NCBI GenBank assembly: GCA_965223545.1
Contig: OZ245006.1
Span: 3,328,001-3,392,000, forward strand
Source of the DNA: Planctomycetota bacterium
Lineage (GTDB): Bacteria; Planctomycetota; UBA1135; UBA2386
DNA: 64,000 bases
Direction: 5' to 3'
Part shown: positions 39,602-50,239 of the stretch, one piece after another
Numbering within the stretch: position 1 is the first letter of the stretch
Layout of the letters: each line of letters starts with the position of its first letter
The notes under the pieces: generated by a model
Seen by the model: only the letters and a program-made list of their open reading frames with translations
Database searches by the model: none
Told to the model about the DNA's origin: nothing
Program-made: the position numbers and the translations under genes

Positions 39602-42358
39602 TCAGCGCTTCGCGCGCGACTTGGCGCGCTCGAGCACCGAGGCCAAGTCGGCGCGCTGCCCGACGTCCCCGGCACCGGAAGCCCCGCCGGCGTCCGGCGC
39701 GAGGACCCCTGGCTCGAGGGCGGCCGACGTGCCTTCCTTGACCTCCGGACGCCCCGATTCGGCACGGGTCGGGCGCGCGGCGGTGCGCGGGCGCGGCCGC
39801 AAAACGGCGACGCGCGGCAAGCTCAGCTGCAAGCGACGAACCGCGATCTCCGCCAAGAGCAACACCAGCGCCAGCCACGCGCACCAGCGGTCCAACCGCG
39901 TCACTCCCGCACTGCGGCGCGGGCCCGCCATCAGCGCGGCCGCCGGCGGGTCGACCCGCCCCTCGGCGAGGGCGGCGATCTCCGCCAACACGCGCTCGCC
40001 GCGCCGGGGGTCGCGCTGCAGCTCGAACTCGGGCGAGTACGGCAGGGTCACCGGCGGCACGCGCAAGACTTCGCCACCGCCCATCGTCAGCGCCGGCCGG
40101 TAGACCCCCTCACCGCGCAGCGGGATTCGGCCCTCGAGCCGGTGCTCGTCGACGCGTTGCAGCCAGACCGTCTCGGCCTCACCGTCCGGCCCGAGAACCC
40201 GCGCCGAGACCTCGCCGAGCAACGCCGCCCGGCCCTCGTCGACCTCGACGCTCAGCACGGCTTCGTGGCCCTCGCGGCGCAAGGCGGCGAACAGCTCACC
40301 GCGCGCGTCGGTGCCGGCGATCCAACGCACCACGGTGGCAAAGAACCCGGCGAACCCGGGCCAAGTGCCGAGGCTGCCGCTGAGCTCCCCGTCGACTTCA
40401 CCGAGGAAGGCCGCGCTGCGACCGAGGCCGTGCTGCCAGAACGCCAGCAATGGCGCCTGCTGATCGTCGGCGGTGCGCAGCCCGACCTGCGCCGCCGGTC
40501 GCCGGTAGGCGATCGAATAGCCGCCGACGTTGGGAAACTCGCCGCGCGCGAGATCACCGAGCGCGACCAGATCGGGCAGCACCTGCACGGCGGTTGCCTC
40601 CTCGACCATCGACGAGCGCGCGACCTGAATCGTCTCTTGCGCGAAGACGCGCGGCAGGTCGGCGGCGTCGGTGACGAACGAACAGCGCCCGCCACCTCGC
40701 TTGGCGACGTCTTCCAAGAACGCGGCGTCGCTGTCGGTGTCGCTGCCGAGACCGATCACCGACACGGTGACGCCGGCGCGGCGCAGCTGCTCGATGAACG
40801 CGATGTAGTCGCCCGGCTCTTCGGCGTCGGCGGCGTCGGCAAACAGCACGATGTGCTTGTTGGCCTGCGGCGCATCCGCCAGCTGTTCCGCGGCGGCCAC
40901 CAGCGCCGTGTAGGTGTAGATACCGCCGCCGCCGGACTCGATGCCGAGAACATCGTCTTGGATCCGCCCAGCCTGGCGAGCGGACGTGCACGGCACGACG
41001 ACGTGCGGCGACGAGTCGACGGCGATCACCGCGACGTGATCGATCGGCCCCAACAAACCGATCGCCGCCGCGGTCCCTTGGTTGGCCAGATCCATCTTGG
41101 TCTCGCCCGACGGCACGGTCATCCCCATCGACCCCGACCGATCGAGGGCGATCGCCATCGCCAGAGCGAACTTGCGCTGCTCTTGGCGGACCTCCATCGT
41201 CACCGGCAGAGCCTCTTCGATCGGCGATCGGAAATAGCCGCCCGGTCCGAAGCTCGCTCCACCACCGGTCATCAGCAGCCCACCGCCGAGCTCGCGCACC
41301 CAATGCGCCAGCGCGCGCATCCCCCCGGCGGGAAGGTCAGCGGCGGCGACGTTCTCCAACACGACGGCGCGGACTCCGTCCAACGCGTCGAGCGACAGCG
41401 GCGCGGTCCGCGGCGCGGCGACTTGCACGGCGATGCCGGCCTGCGCCAGCGCCCGCGTCAATCGGTCTTGCCGCCCTCGAGGAGTCACGCACAGGACTCG
41501 AAACGCGCCGGCGACGCGCACCACCGCCCGCGCCCGGTTGTTCTGTGGCCGGGGATCGCCCTCGTCGGGCACCACTTCGACTTCGTAGCGGTGCACACGG
41601 GGCTCGCGCAGCGCGTCGCGAAACTGCACGCGGTTGAGTCCCGGTTGCAGCGCCCGCCGCCCCTCGGCGATCGGCACGCCGTCGCGCAGCAGTCGCACGC
41701 GGGCTTCGGCAGCGCGGTCGGCGCGCAACCACGCCGAGAACTGGAACGGCTCACCGGGACCGACTTCTTCCGGCGTCGCGACCTCCTCGACCGCGACGTC
41801 CATCCCGGCGGCTCGGCGGACGCCGACGACGTCGACGCGGATTCCGCGGCGCAGAGCCGCGCGGGCGGCGGCACTCGGATCGCCCCCGGTGTACTCGCCA
41901 TCGGACAGCACCAACAGCGATCCTTGCCGGCCCGGCGGGATCAGCGACAGACCGGCGTCGAGGGCCGACGCGAGATCGGTGGCATCCCGGTCCACGGTGC
42001 GCACCGGGGCGCGATAACGAAACTCCTCGGTAGGAGCGATCTCGACGACGGCTTCGCGGCCAAAGCCGATCATGCCGACACGATCGCCGGCGCGCGCTTG
42101 CTCCAACGCGAGTGCCGCCAACTCCTCGGCCCGCGCCAGCGTCTCGTCGGGCACCGACCGCGAGCGATCGACGAGCAGCACGAGATCTCTGCCGCTGGCC
42201 TCGCCGGTGACGAACGGGCCGGCCAACATGCCCAGGATCGCCAACAGGGCACCGATGCGCAGCAGGCCAACCAACGGTCGCGGCCACAACCGGCCGCGCA
42301 GCCAAAGCACCAGGACCGCGCCGAGCAAGAACACGTCGGGATGCTCGAACCCGATCAC
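39602..42358 (-). CDS. Membrane-anchored double-VWA domain protein with a glutamine-amidotransferase-like domain
   Basis: Start GTG 42358 (GTGA overlap). VDRSRS...TD...LSDGE (VWA1); LGGGLLMTGG...GGY...IEEALPV (GATase-like); ALDRSGSM (MIDAS, VWA2); TM segments at both termini. Confidence 0.85.
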   Translation of the reverse strand: MIGFEHPDVFLLGAVLVLWLRGRLWPRPLVGLLRIGALLAILGMLAGPFVTGEASGRDLVLLVDRSRSVPDETLARAEELAALALEQARAGDRVGMIGFGREAVVEIAPTEEFRYRAPVRTVDRDATDLASALDAGLSLIPPGRQGSLLVLSDGEYTGGDPSAAARAALRRGIRVDVVGVRRAAGMDVAVEEVATPEEVGPGEPFQFSAWLRADRAAEARVRLLRDGVPIAEGRRALQPGLNRVQFRDALREPRVHRYEVEVVPDEGDPRPQNNRARAVVRVAGAFRVLCVTPRGRQDRLTRALAQAGIAVQVAAPRTAPLSLDALDGVRAVVLENVAAADLPAGGMRALAHWVRELGGGLLMTGGGASFGPGGYFRSPIEEALPVTMEVRQEQRKFALAMAIALDRSGSMGMTVPSGETKMDLANQGTAAAIGLLGPIDHVAVIAVDSSPHVVVPCTSARQAGRIQDDVLGIESGGGGIYTYTALVAAAEQLADAPQANKHIVLFADAADAEEPGDYIAFIEQLRRAGVTVSVIGLGSDTDSDAAFLEDVAKRGGGRCSFVTDAADLPRVFAQETIQVARSSMVEEATAVQVLPDLVALGDLARGEFPNVGGYSIAYRRPAAQVGLRTADDQQAPLLAFWQHGLGRSAAFLGEVDGELSGSLGTWPGFAGFFATVVRWIAGTDARGELFAALRREGHEAVLSVEVDEGRAALLGEVSARVLGPDGEAETVWLQRVDEHRLEGRIPLRGEGVYRPALTMGGGEVLRVPPVTLPYSPEFELQRDPRRGERVLAEIAALAEGRVDPPAAALMAGPRRSAGVTRLDRWCAWLALVLLLAEIAVRRLQLSLPRVAVLRPRPRTAARPTRAESGRPEVKEGTSAALEPGVLAPDAGGASGAGDVGQRADLASVLERAKSRAKR

Positions 42359-44154
42359 AAAGGCCTCCCCAACACGAGCCAATCGAGAGCCGCGACCGCG
42401 AGCAGCAGAAGTGCCAGGATCCGCGCCGCCCATGGCGAGCGCTGCCGCCCGGCATCGTCGTCCGCACCGAGCGCGCGCTGCACCGAGGCATCGGGCTGCG
42501 TGCGCAGCGAAGCCGCCGCCGAGAGATCCGATTCGGCCGCGTCGACGAAGTGCACGGCGAACCGCGCGACCTGCTCGCCCTCGCGTTCGAGCACGTGCAG
42601 CCCCGGCACCGAAGCCTCCCACTCGAGCACCCGGCGGCCGCGCGCCGGCCGCGGACGGCCGCGCGGGTCGATCAGGCGCAGCTGGCGCGCCTCGTCGGGC
42701 GTGCCGGCGTGGCGAAACTGCAGCAGCTCCCCAACGCGGACGTTGGCGGCGACCACGCCGGGCAGGCGCGCGCGGGTCGCATCGACCACGTTGGCCAACA
42801 GGATCGGCCAGTCCGGCGACGCCGGCAGATTGGTCTGCAGCGGATCGAGGTTGAGCCAGAGGCGGAGCGCGTCGTCGCGCGCCACTTCGGTAAACAGCGG
42901 CTGCGCATCGGCGGAGATCAGTGGTGTGCCCTCCACCGCGCCCTGTCCTGCCGACCACACGACCCCATCGAGGGTGATGCCCTGCAGCACCCGGTGACGG
43001 CGCTCGATCAAGAACGGACCGATCCAGGCATCGCGCTCACCCTCCGCGGCGGCGATCACCAGCTCGGTGTGCCAGTCGCGGAGCACGCTCGGACTACTGC
43101 TCAAGACGAGGTGCGCGTGCTGCGGATCCGCGACGGCGCGCACATCACGCAGCGCCAGCAGGCCGCGCTCCAGCCGCAACGCCGCACTGGCCTCGTCGCT
43201 CAACAGGTTGGCCAGCGCCACCGTCCGCCGCAGCTCGGGCAACAGCAGCGCGCGGTTGTCGATCGCCAGCGGGTCGGCGCCGAGCACGACCTCGACCGGG
43301 CCCGACTGGCGCGGTACCGAAAGGCTCAGCCGGGTGGTCTTGTCGGCGGCGAGCTCGACGGTCTGGTGCACCAGCTCGACCTCCGGCGCGTCGCGGCCGG
43401 CGGACGCGACCACGCGCAGCGCGACCGCGGCCGCCGCTCCGCCGAAGGCGCGCAAGTCCACGTAGAGACGCTCGCGCTCGGGGTCGTCGGCCAGCGCCGT
43501 CCGGCGCGCGCCGACGATCGCGGCGTTGGTGGCAGGCACGCCGACCGCGACCACTTCGTAGCCGCGCACCGGCACGGAGCGCGGCGCGTGGTCGGTGACG
43601 AACACCAGAGGTCCTCCTTCCGCCAGCTGGCGCCCGAGATCGAGCGCCGGCCCCGGATCGTGCCCCGGCTGCCGCGGGTCGTAGCGCTCCAGCGCGCTGT
43701 CCAGCTGCGCGAGGGGGGCCCGGGGGCCGAGCCCGACGGCGGGGCGTGGACCGGTGCGGATCAGGGTCACGCGGGCGCCGGCAGGCTGCTCCGCGACGGC
43801 TTCTCGCACTGCGGCGCGCGCGCGTTCGGCCCAACTTGCACCGCCCGCCTCGGCCGCCATCGACGCGCTGTCGTCCAGCACGACGACACAGTGCACCGGC
43901 TGCGCGGCGCTACCGATGGTGAGCCCGCCGAGCCACAACGCCAACGCCAGCGCTGCGGCGAGCTCGAGCCACAGAGACGCGGTGCGCTGCAGCCGATCCC
44001 GGCGCCTCCCCGCCGCGGCCGCTTGGGCATCGGGCGCGAACAAGAACAAGCCAGCCACGCGGCGAGGGGCGCGCCGCCGGCGAAACAGGTGCAGAGCCAG
44101 CACCGCAGGCAGCGCCAACAAGGCGAGCAAACCCAGCGGTGTCGCGAAGCTCAT
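42355..44154 (-). CDS. BatA-type N-terminal double-TM plus VWA domain protein
   Basis: MSFATPLGLLALLALPAVLALHLFRRRR (BatA-like N-terminus), VVLDDSASM, DPLAIDN, C-terminal TM; ATGA overlap. Confidence 0.85.
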   Translation of the reverse strand: MSFATPLGLLALLALPAVLALHLFRRRRAPRRVAGLFLFAPDAQAAAAGRRRDRLQRTASLWLELAAALALALWLGGLTIGSAAQPVHCVVVLDDSASMAAEAGGASWAERARAAVREAVAEQPAGARVTLIRTGPRPAVGLGPRAPLAQLDSALERYDPRQPGHDPGPALDLGRQLAEGGPLVFVTDHAPRSVPVRGYEVVAVGVPATNAAIVGARRTALADDPERERLYVDLRAFGGAAAAVALRVVASAGRDAPEVELVHQTVELAADKTTRLSLSVPRQSGPVEVVLGADPLAIDNRALLLPELRRTVALANLLSDEASAALRLERGLLALRDVRAVADPQHAHLVLSSSPSVLRDWHTELVIAAAEGERDAWIGPFLIERRHRVLQGITLDGVVWSAGQGAVEGTPLISADAQPLFTEVARDDALRLWLNLDPLQTNLPASPDWPILLANVVDATRARLPGVVAANVRVGELLQFRHAGTPDEARQLRLIDPRGRPRPARGRRVLEWEASVPGLHVLEREGEQVARFAVHFVDAAESDLSAAASLRTQPDASVQRALGADDDAGRQRSPWAARILALLLLAVAALDWLVLGRPL

Positions 44155-44984
44155 GCCGGCTCCAGCATCCCCTGCGGCAACAAGTGGTGGCGGAACATCT
44201 CTTCGGGTGCCACCGCGGGCAGCAGAACGTAGCAACCCGCCGCCGCGCGCGTCGCGCTTTCGACCGCGTCGCGTAGACGCTGCAACCGCGCCCGATACCG
44301 GGCGCAGGCGCGCGCGTCGAGGACCAGCTCCAACCGACCGCCGTCCTCGCAGTCGAGCAACGCCGTGGCGCCCTGCTCCGTCGGCTCGAGCTCCCACGGG
44401 TCGAGCAGCTGCACGACGAACAGCTGCGCCGCGCCCGCCGCGAGCACGCGCAGCTCGGGGGCCAAGTCGCGCGGCATCAAGAAGTCCGACAGCACGACGC
44501 GCAGGCCGCGGGGACGCAACCGCTCGCGCGGCCGCAGATCGCGCGCGTCGTCTTCGAAACGAAGCGGCTCGGCCGGCGAAAACGCGCCACCGCCAGCGCT
44601 CAGCCAGCGCAGGCGAGCACCGACGCCCTCGCCCCAGACGTCGAGGGCAGCGAGCAAATCGCGAACGGCACGTTCTTTCGCGGGCGTCACCGCCATCGAC
44701 GGCGACCGATCGACGACCACCTCGAGCAGAGGCGCGACCTCTTCGCGGAACAGCCGCACGTGCAGCTGGTCGGTGCGCGCGTAGCCCCGCCAGTCGATGT
44801 GGCGGACGTCGTCGCCGGGCCGGTACTCGCGGAAGTCGGCGAACTCGAGCGACGCCCCGGTGCCGCGGCCGAGCCGCGCACCGGCGACCCCCGTCAACGC
44901 CGTCGTGCGCAGCGCCAAGCGGTAGCGGCGGGCCGCGCTCTCGGCCACGGCCTGCGGATCGGGTGGGGAGACCGCCATCGTCAC
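44151..44984 (-). CDS. DUF58 domain protein (MoxR-associated)
   Basis: GASLEFADFREYRPGDDVRHIDWRGYARTD...LFREE...VDRSPSM...VVLSDF. Start is GTG 44984 (GTGA overlap) or ATG 44978. Confidence 0.9.
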   Translation of the reverse strand: MTMAVSPPDPQAVAESAARRYRLALRTTALTGVAGARLGRGTGASLEFADFREYRPGDDVRHIDWRGYARTDQLHVRLFREEVAPLLEVVVDRSPSMAVTPAKERAVRDLLAALDVWGEGVGARLRWLSAGGGAFSPAEPLRFEDDARDLRPRERLRPRGLRVVLSDFLMPRDLAPELRVLAAGAAQLFVVQLLDPWELEPTEQGATALLDCEDGGRLELVLDARACARYRARLQRLRDAVESATRAAAGCYVLLPAVAPEEMFRHHLLPQGMLEPA

Positions 44985-46456
44985 CGCCGCGCCGCCGTCA
45001 CTTCGCGCAGCCCCCTCCGCGCCGCCGGCAACATGGACAAGAGTACGAGACCGCAGGCAATGCCACCGGTGAGCAGCAACGGCTCGACGGGCGCGCGCGG
45101 CCGTTCGAGCGTCCAGAACGGGTTGGAGACGTGACCCAAGTGCCAGCGGTGCACGGTTCCCGTCAACGCCAACTCGACGAACAATGGCAACATGCAGCCC
45201 AGCGCGAGCAGGGCCAACGCCGCGGCGCGGGCAACCCAGTTCGCCCGCAGGCCCGCGCGCATGCGGCCGCGCACCAGCCGACCGAGCCCACAGTAGAAGA
45301 ACGCGTAGGCCCAGATGGCGAACGCGACGCCCCACATCTCGCCCACCCAGGATCTCGGCGAACCGGTTGCCGTCGCTCGGAGCACGGCAGCCACGCCCCA
45401 CACCAACGCACTGCTGCCGATCACGAACAGCACGCCCCGGCCACCACCGGGCAACAGCGGCGCCGCGGCCACGGCCATCCACCGGTTGCGGGGGAGGTGC
45501 GCGGCGACGCGCGGCGACAATGGCTCCTCCTCGGTGAGAGCGAACCACCAGATCGGAATCAACGAAGCCGCTCCCATGATCACCAAGGCGGGCGCCATGA
45601 CGTGGTAGTCGTTCGTCGACACGGCACTGACGATCCAGATCAGCGCGACCACCAGCAACCCGATCCAAAACACGCGAAACGGCGTCGAACGGTTCTCGTG
45701 GGCGTGCGTCAGCAGACTGCCCGCCATCAGCATCAGCAGCACCAGGCCGCATACCGACGCCGTGACGAAGACCCCCATCCCCAACCAGAAATCTGAGTCG
45801 CGCATCAGCCGGCCGACCTCGTTGACCAGCTCCCAACTGGCGGCCATCAGCGCCCCGGTGATCCCGGCCAGGCCGGCAGACGTCAGACCGAACACGACCG
45901 GCGTGAGCACTCGGATGCGCGACACCGCCCCCATGGTGATCGCGAAGGCCACCGCCAGAACGCTGACCAGCACTGCCATCGCCAAGAAGAACAGAATCGT
46001 CGGCACGTCGGTGCCGCGCAGCAGGAAGGTCATCGCCAGCAGCGGACCGAACACCGACAGGAACAGACCCAGCTGCACCATGGTCGCGACGATCTTGCCG
46101 CGCACGATCCGCCCGGGCGTCAATCGGCTGAGCAAGAGCTGCTCGCTGACACCCGCGCGCAGCTCCTGGCTCATCGACACGAAGGCCTGCAGCGGAATGA
46201 AGAACGTCGCGATCGGCACCAGCATCACCAGAGCGGCGGTGAATGCCTCGCGGCCGATGTGCTGACCGGTCGCACCACGCATGCCGACGTAGAACGCCAC
46301 CGCACAGATCGCGGCCAGCGCGGTGCTCATCAGCACGATGAACGCCTTGCTGCTCAACACCTGCTGCGTCTCGCGCACCAGAAGCGGGTTGAGTCGATCG
46401 GAGAGCCGCTGCGCCCAGCTCACTCGGGTCGGCGCCGGGTCGGCGTGGTCGGTCAC
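44981..46456 (-). CDS. ABC-2 type transporter permease-like membrane protein
   Basis: NPLLVRE, E...QLLLSRLTPGRIVRGK and many TM helices; downstream of an ABC ATPase. Confidence 0.8.
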   Translation of the reverse strand: MTDHADPAPTRVSWAQRLSDRLNPLLVRETQQVLSSKAFIVLMSTALAAICAVAFYVGMRGATGQHIGREAFTAALVMLVPIATFFIPLQAFVSMSQELRAGVSEQLLLSRLTPGRIVRGKIVATMVQLGLFLSVFGPLLAMTFLLRGTDVPTILFFLAMAVLVSVLAVAFAITMGAVSRIRVLTPVVFGLTSAGLAGITGALMAASWELVNEVGRLMRDSDFWLGMGVFVTASVCGLVLLMLMAGSLLTHAHENRSTPFRVFWIGLLVVALIWIVSAVSTNDYHVMAPALVIMGAASLIPIWWFALTEEEPLSPRVAAHLPRNRWMAVAAAPLLPGGGRGVLFVIGSSALVWGVAAVLRATATGSPRSWVGEMWGVAFAIWAYAFFYCGLGRLVRGRMRAGLRANWVARAAALALLALGCMLPLFVELALTGTVHRWHLGHVSNPFWTLERPRAPVEPLLLTGGIACGLVLLSMLPAARRGLREVTAARR

Positions 46457-47391
46457 TGCAGCCTCCCGGCGGTCGTGCGCATGAAGATGTCCTCGAGATC
46501 TGCATCCTCGACGCGGAACTCGACGACCGGAATCGACTCGGCGACGGCGCGCGCCAACAGCGCCGACAGCTCCTGCTCGTCGCCGGCGAAGTCGAAGCGC
46601 ACTCGACTTCCGTCGACCACGGCCTTGTCGACGTGGGGCTGCAGCAGAAAGAACCGCAGCGCCACCTCCAGGTCACCGAGAGACCGGACGCTGACCGAGT
46701 GGTGCTCCTGCACCGACCGAGCAATGCTGGCGATGTCGCCGGCGATCACCTGTCGGCCGCGCTCGAGCACGATCACCGCATCACAAGTCTCGGACAACTC
46801 CGAGAGGATGTGCGACGAGATCAGGATGCACTTGCCAGCCGACGCCAGCTCGCGCAGCAGCTCGCGGAACTCGATCCGCGCGCGCGGGTCGAGCCCCGAG
46901 GCGGGCTCGTCGAGGATCAAGAGGGCCGGGTCGTGCAGCAGCGTCTTCGCCAGGTGCAAGCGCTGGCCCATCCCCTTGGACAGCCCCTTCGCCGGCCGCT
47001 CGGCAAACTCGAGCAAGCCGCAGAAGCTGGCGACCGAGCGCACGGTGTCGATCCTCGCTTTGCCCCGTAGGCCATAGGCGCGGGCGAAGAAGTCGAGGAA
47101 CTGCATCACATCGAGATTCGGATACGGGACGAACTGATCGGACATGAAGCCGACCCGCATGCGCACCGTGCGGGGCTCGACCAGGACCGACACCCCCTCG
47201 ATCAGCGCATCGCCCTCGTCCGGCAGATCCAGTGTCGCCAGAATCCGCATCGTGGTGGTCTTGCCGGCTCCGTTGGGACCGATGAAGCCGTGCACCCCAC
47301 CGCTCGAAAGCGTGAACGACAAGTCGTCGACGGCGGTGACCTTGCCGTAGCGCCGCGTCAGGTTGCGCACTTCGACGAGCGCGCTACTCAA
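46453..47391 (-). CDS. ABC transporter ATP-binding protein
   Basis: GPNGAGKT, LSKGMGQR, LDEPASGLDP and ISSHILSEL; TTG start at 47391 with GGAGGA upstream. Confidence 0.93.
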   Translation of the reverse strand: MSSALVEVRNLTRRYGKVTAVDDLSFTLSSGGVHGFIGPNGAGKTTTMRILATLDLPDEGDALIEGVSVLVEPRTVRMRVGFMSDQFVPYPNLDVMQFLDFFARAYGLRGKARIDTVRSVASFCGLLEFAERPAKGLSKGMGQRLHLAKTLLHDPALLILDEPASGLDPRARIEFRELLRELASAGKCILISSHILSELSETCDAVIVLERGRQVIAGDIASIARSVQEHHSVSVRSLGDLEVALRFFLLQPHVDKAVVDGSRVRFDFAGDEQELSALLARAVAESIPVVEFRVEDADLEDIFMRTTAGRLQ

Positions 47392-49194
47392 CGAAGTCCT
47401 CCTCCGACAGGACCCCCCGCACCAAGTGCAGCGACGCCAGCTCATCGACCGCGAGGTCGAAGTCGACGACCGCGGGCGAGCGCTCGACGATGGCCAGGTA
47501 GGTCCCCGGTTGGGGGGTCACCGCGTCGGCAAACAGATCGGCGAGTTCCTCCAGCCGGTCTCCCCGGGGATCGCCGGACTCCGTGCCCGCCAACCGCGCC
47601 CACTGCAGGAGATCGTTGAGGTGGCTGCGGACTGCGCCTGCGTCGACGGTGGTCATCACGCCATCCGCTTCGCTCAGGTAGAACCTCCCATCGAAGTCGA
47701 TCAGCAACACCGCCCCGGCGCGATCCACCGGCACCAGATCCGGCGCGGAGGCCGGCACGATGCTGCCGTCCGACTGCCGCTGGAAGCGAAGCCGGGCACG
47801 GCATGTGCCCTGGTCTACCGTGGTCAGCGAAGTCGGGGTACGCGACGGCAGCAGCGTGCCCGACACCCGACCCGCGTCGAGGTCGAAGTCGAGCGCATGA
47901 CCTCCGGCCCGGTTTCGCCGGTCGCCGAGCAACTCGAGCGAGTCGACGAACGTGCCCGCGCGAAGTGTCAACCAGGTCGGCGCCAGCCCCGCGTACAGAG
48001 TGCGGTTGGCGACCGCCACCGCGGTGTGCGTGCGCTGGTCGAGGAGCGTGATCGACCGCCCGACGCCCTTGGTGCCCAACCCCTCGGAGAACAAACCGAA
48101 CAGCACCAACAGACCGGTGGCGACGACGCCGATCGCCGGCACCGTGACCAACATCAACATCGGCTGCTTGCGCCGGCGGGCGAACATGTGGTTCAGCGGC
48201 CCGACGAGGATCGCGAACAGCAGGATCACGAAGAAGAACGCGCGGGTCGGCACTTCGCCGAGACCCGGGATGTGCAGTCGCGAAGCGACCGAAGGCGCCA
48301 CTGGCCCGACCCAATCGCGCTTTCCAGCCGTCGAGAATTCCGACTGCATCGCCTGACGCAGGTCGGCCGGGCCATCGTCGTCAATCGCCTCCGCCGCATA
48401 CCAAGTACCGAACCCATGCTGCCCAGTGGTCAATCCCTCGGCCGCGGCCGCGCCAACCAGCTCGCGCACCGCCCCGGGCGGCAACGCCGCCGGGTGCAGC
48501 ACCAGCAGCCGCCCGCCACCCGCCACGTGCTCGACCAAAACCCGCTGCTGCGCGCCGTCGATCCGCGCGCCACCGTCCAGTACCACCAAGTCGAAGCCGC
48601 TCAGCCATTGCCAGCTGTCGGGCATCATCTCGGGCGTCACCGCCGGCATCGCCGCGATGGCGGTCTTCGCCCGGCGATAGCGGCTCAGCGTGTGCAAGAC
48701 GGAGTGTGCCCAACGGTCCATGGGCGCCTGACAAGCCGGCGCGAACCGCACCGGGTCCTCGCTGACGCACAGCACTACCAAGCCGACGCGCCCCACGTCG
48801 AGATCGACGTTGGCGTAGGCGCCGCCACGGACTCCAGCGAGCTCGAGGGTCACGTCGGCGCCGTAGCGGTCACCGGACGGCAACGGGATCAACGTGCGCG
48901 CCCGCTCTCCAGCGGCCAGCGGCACGGTGCGCTCGCACGAGTAGGGCGCCGCCCGCCACCCACGCGTCTCCACCCGCAGCCGCGCCTCGCGGGGTTCCGC
49001 AGTGCGGTTCTCGAGAGCGACCCAGGAGTAGCCGTAGCCTCCGGGCAACGCCGAGCCCGGGAAGCCGTACATCGTCGCGGTGATGTCGTGACCTCCGCCA
49101 ACGCCTCCGCCGAGGGTGATGCCGATGCTCTCGACCCACTGGGCGGGCAGTGCGGCGGCCGTAGCCAGGAGCGCGCAAGCACGCGCGCATCGCT

Positions 49195-49198
<4 letters not shown>
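47384..49198 (-). CDS. Conserved hypothetical membrane protein (signal peptide, GATase-like middle domain, two TM helices)
   Basis: MPDSWQWLSGFDLVVLDG...HVAGGGRLLV and FFFVILLFAILVGPLN...LVTVPAIG; overlaps its neighbours in the operon. Confidence 0.75.
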
Positions 49199-50235
<1,037 letters not shown>

Positions 50236-50239
50236 GCGT

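Noticed and set aside
40142..42997. Very long opposite-strand or alternate-frame ORFs (e.g. 40142..42997+, 20723..22828-, 47363..49438+, 61417..63387-, 5287..7479+)
   Set aside because: They are shadow ORFs of high-GC genes: Arg/Ala/Pro-rich or antisense-patterned, without motifs, and fully overlapping well-supported CDS.
44151..46724. 857 aa ORF suggesting a large DUF58 fusion (likewise extended starts at 8888, 18597, 34794, 42958, 44397)
   Set aside because: The N-terminal extensions overlap neighbouring real genes in another frame. True starts are indicated by stop/start overlaps, RBS or domain boundaries.
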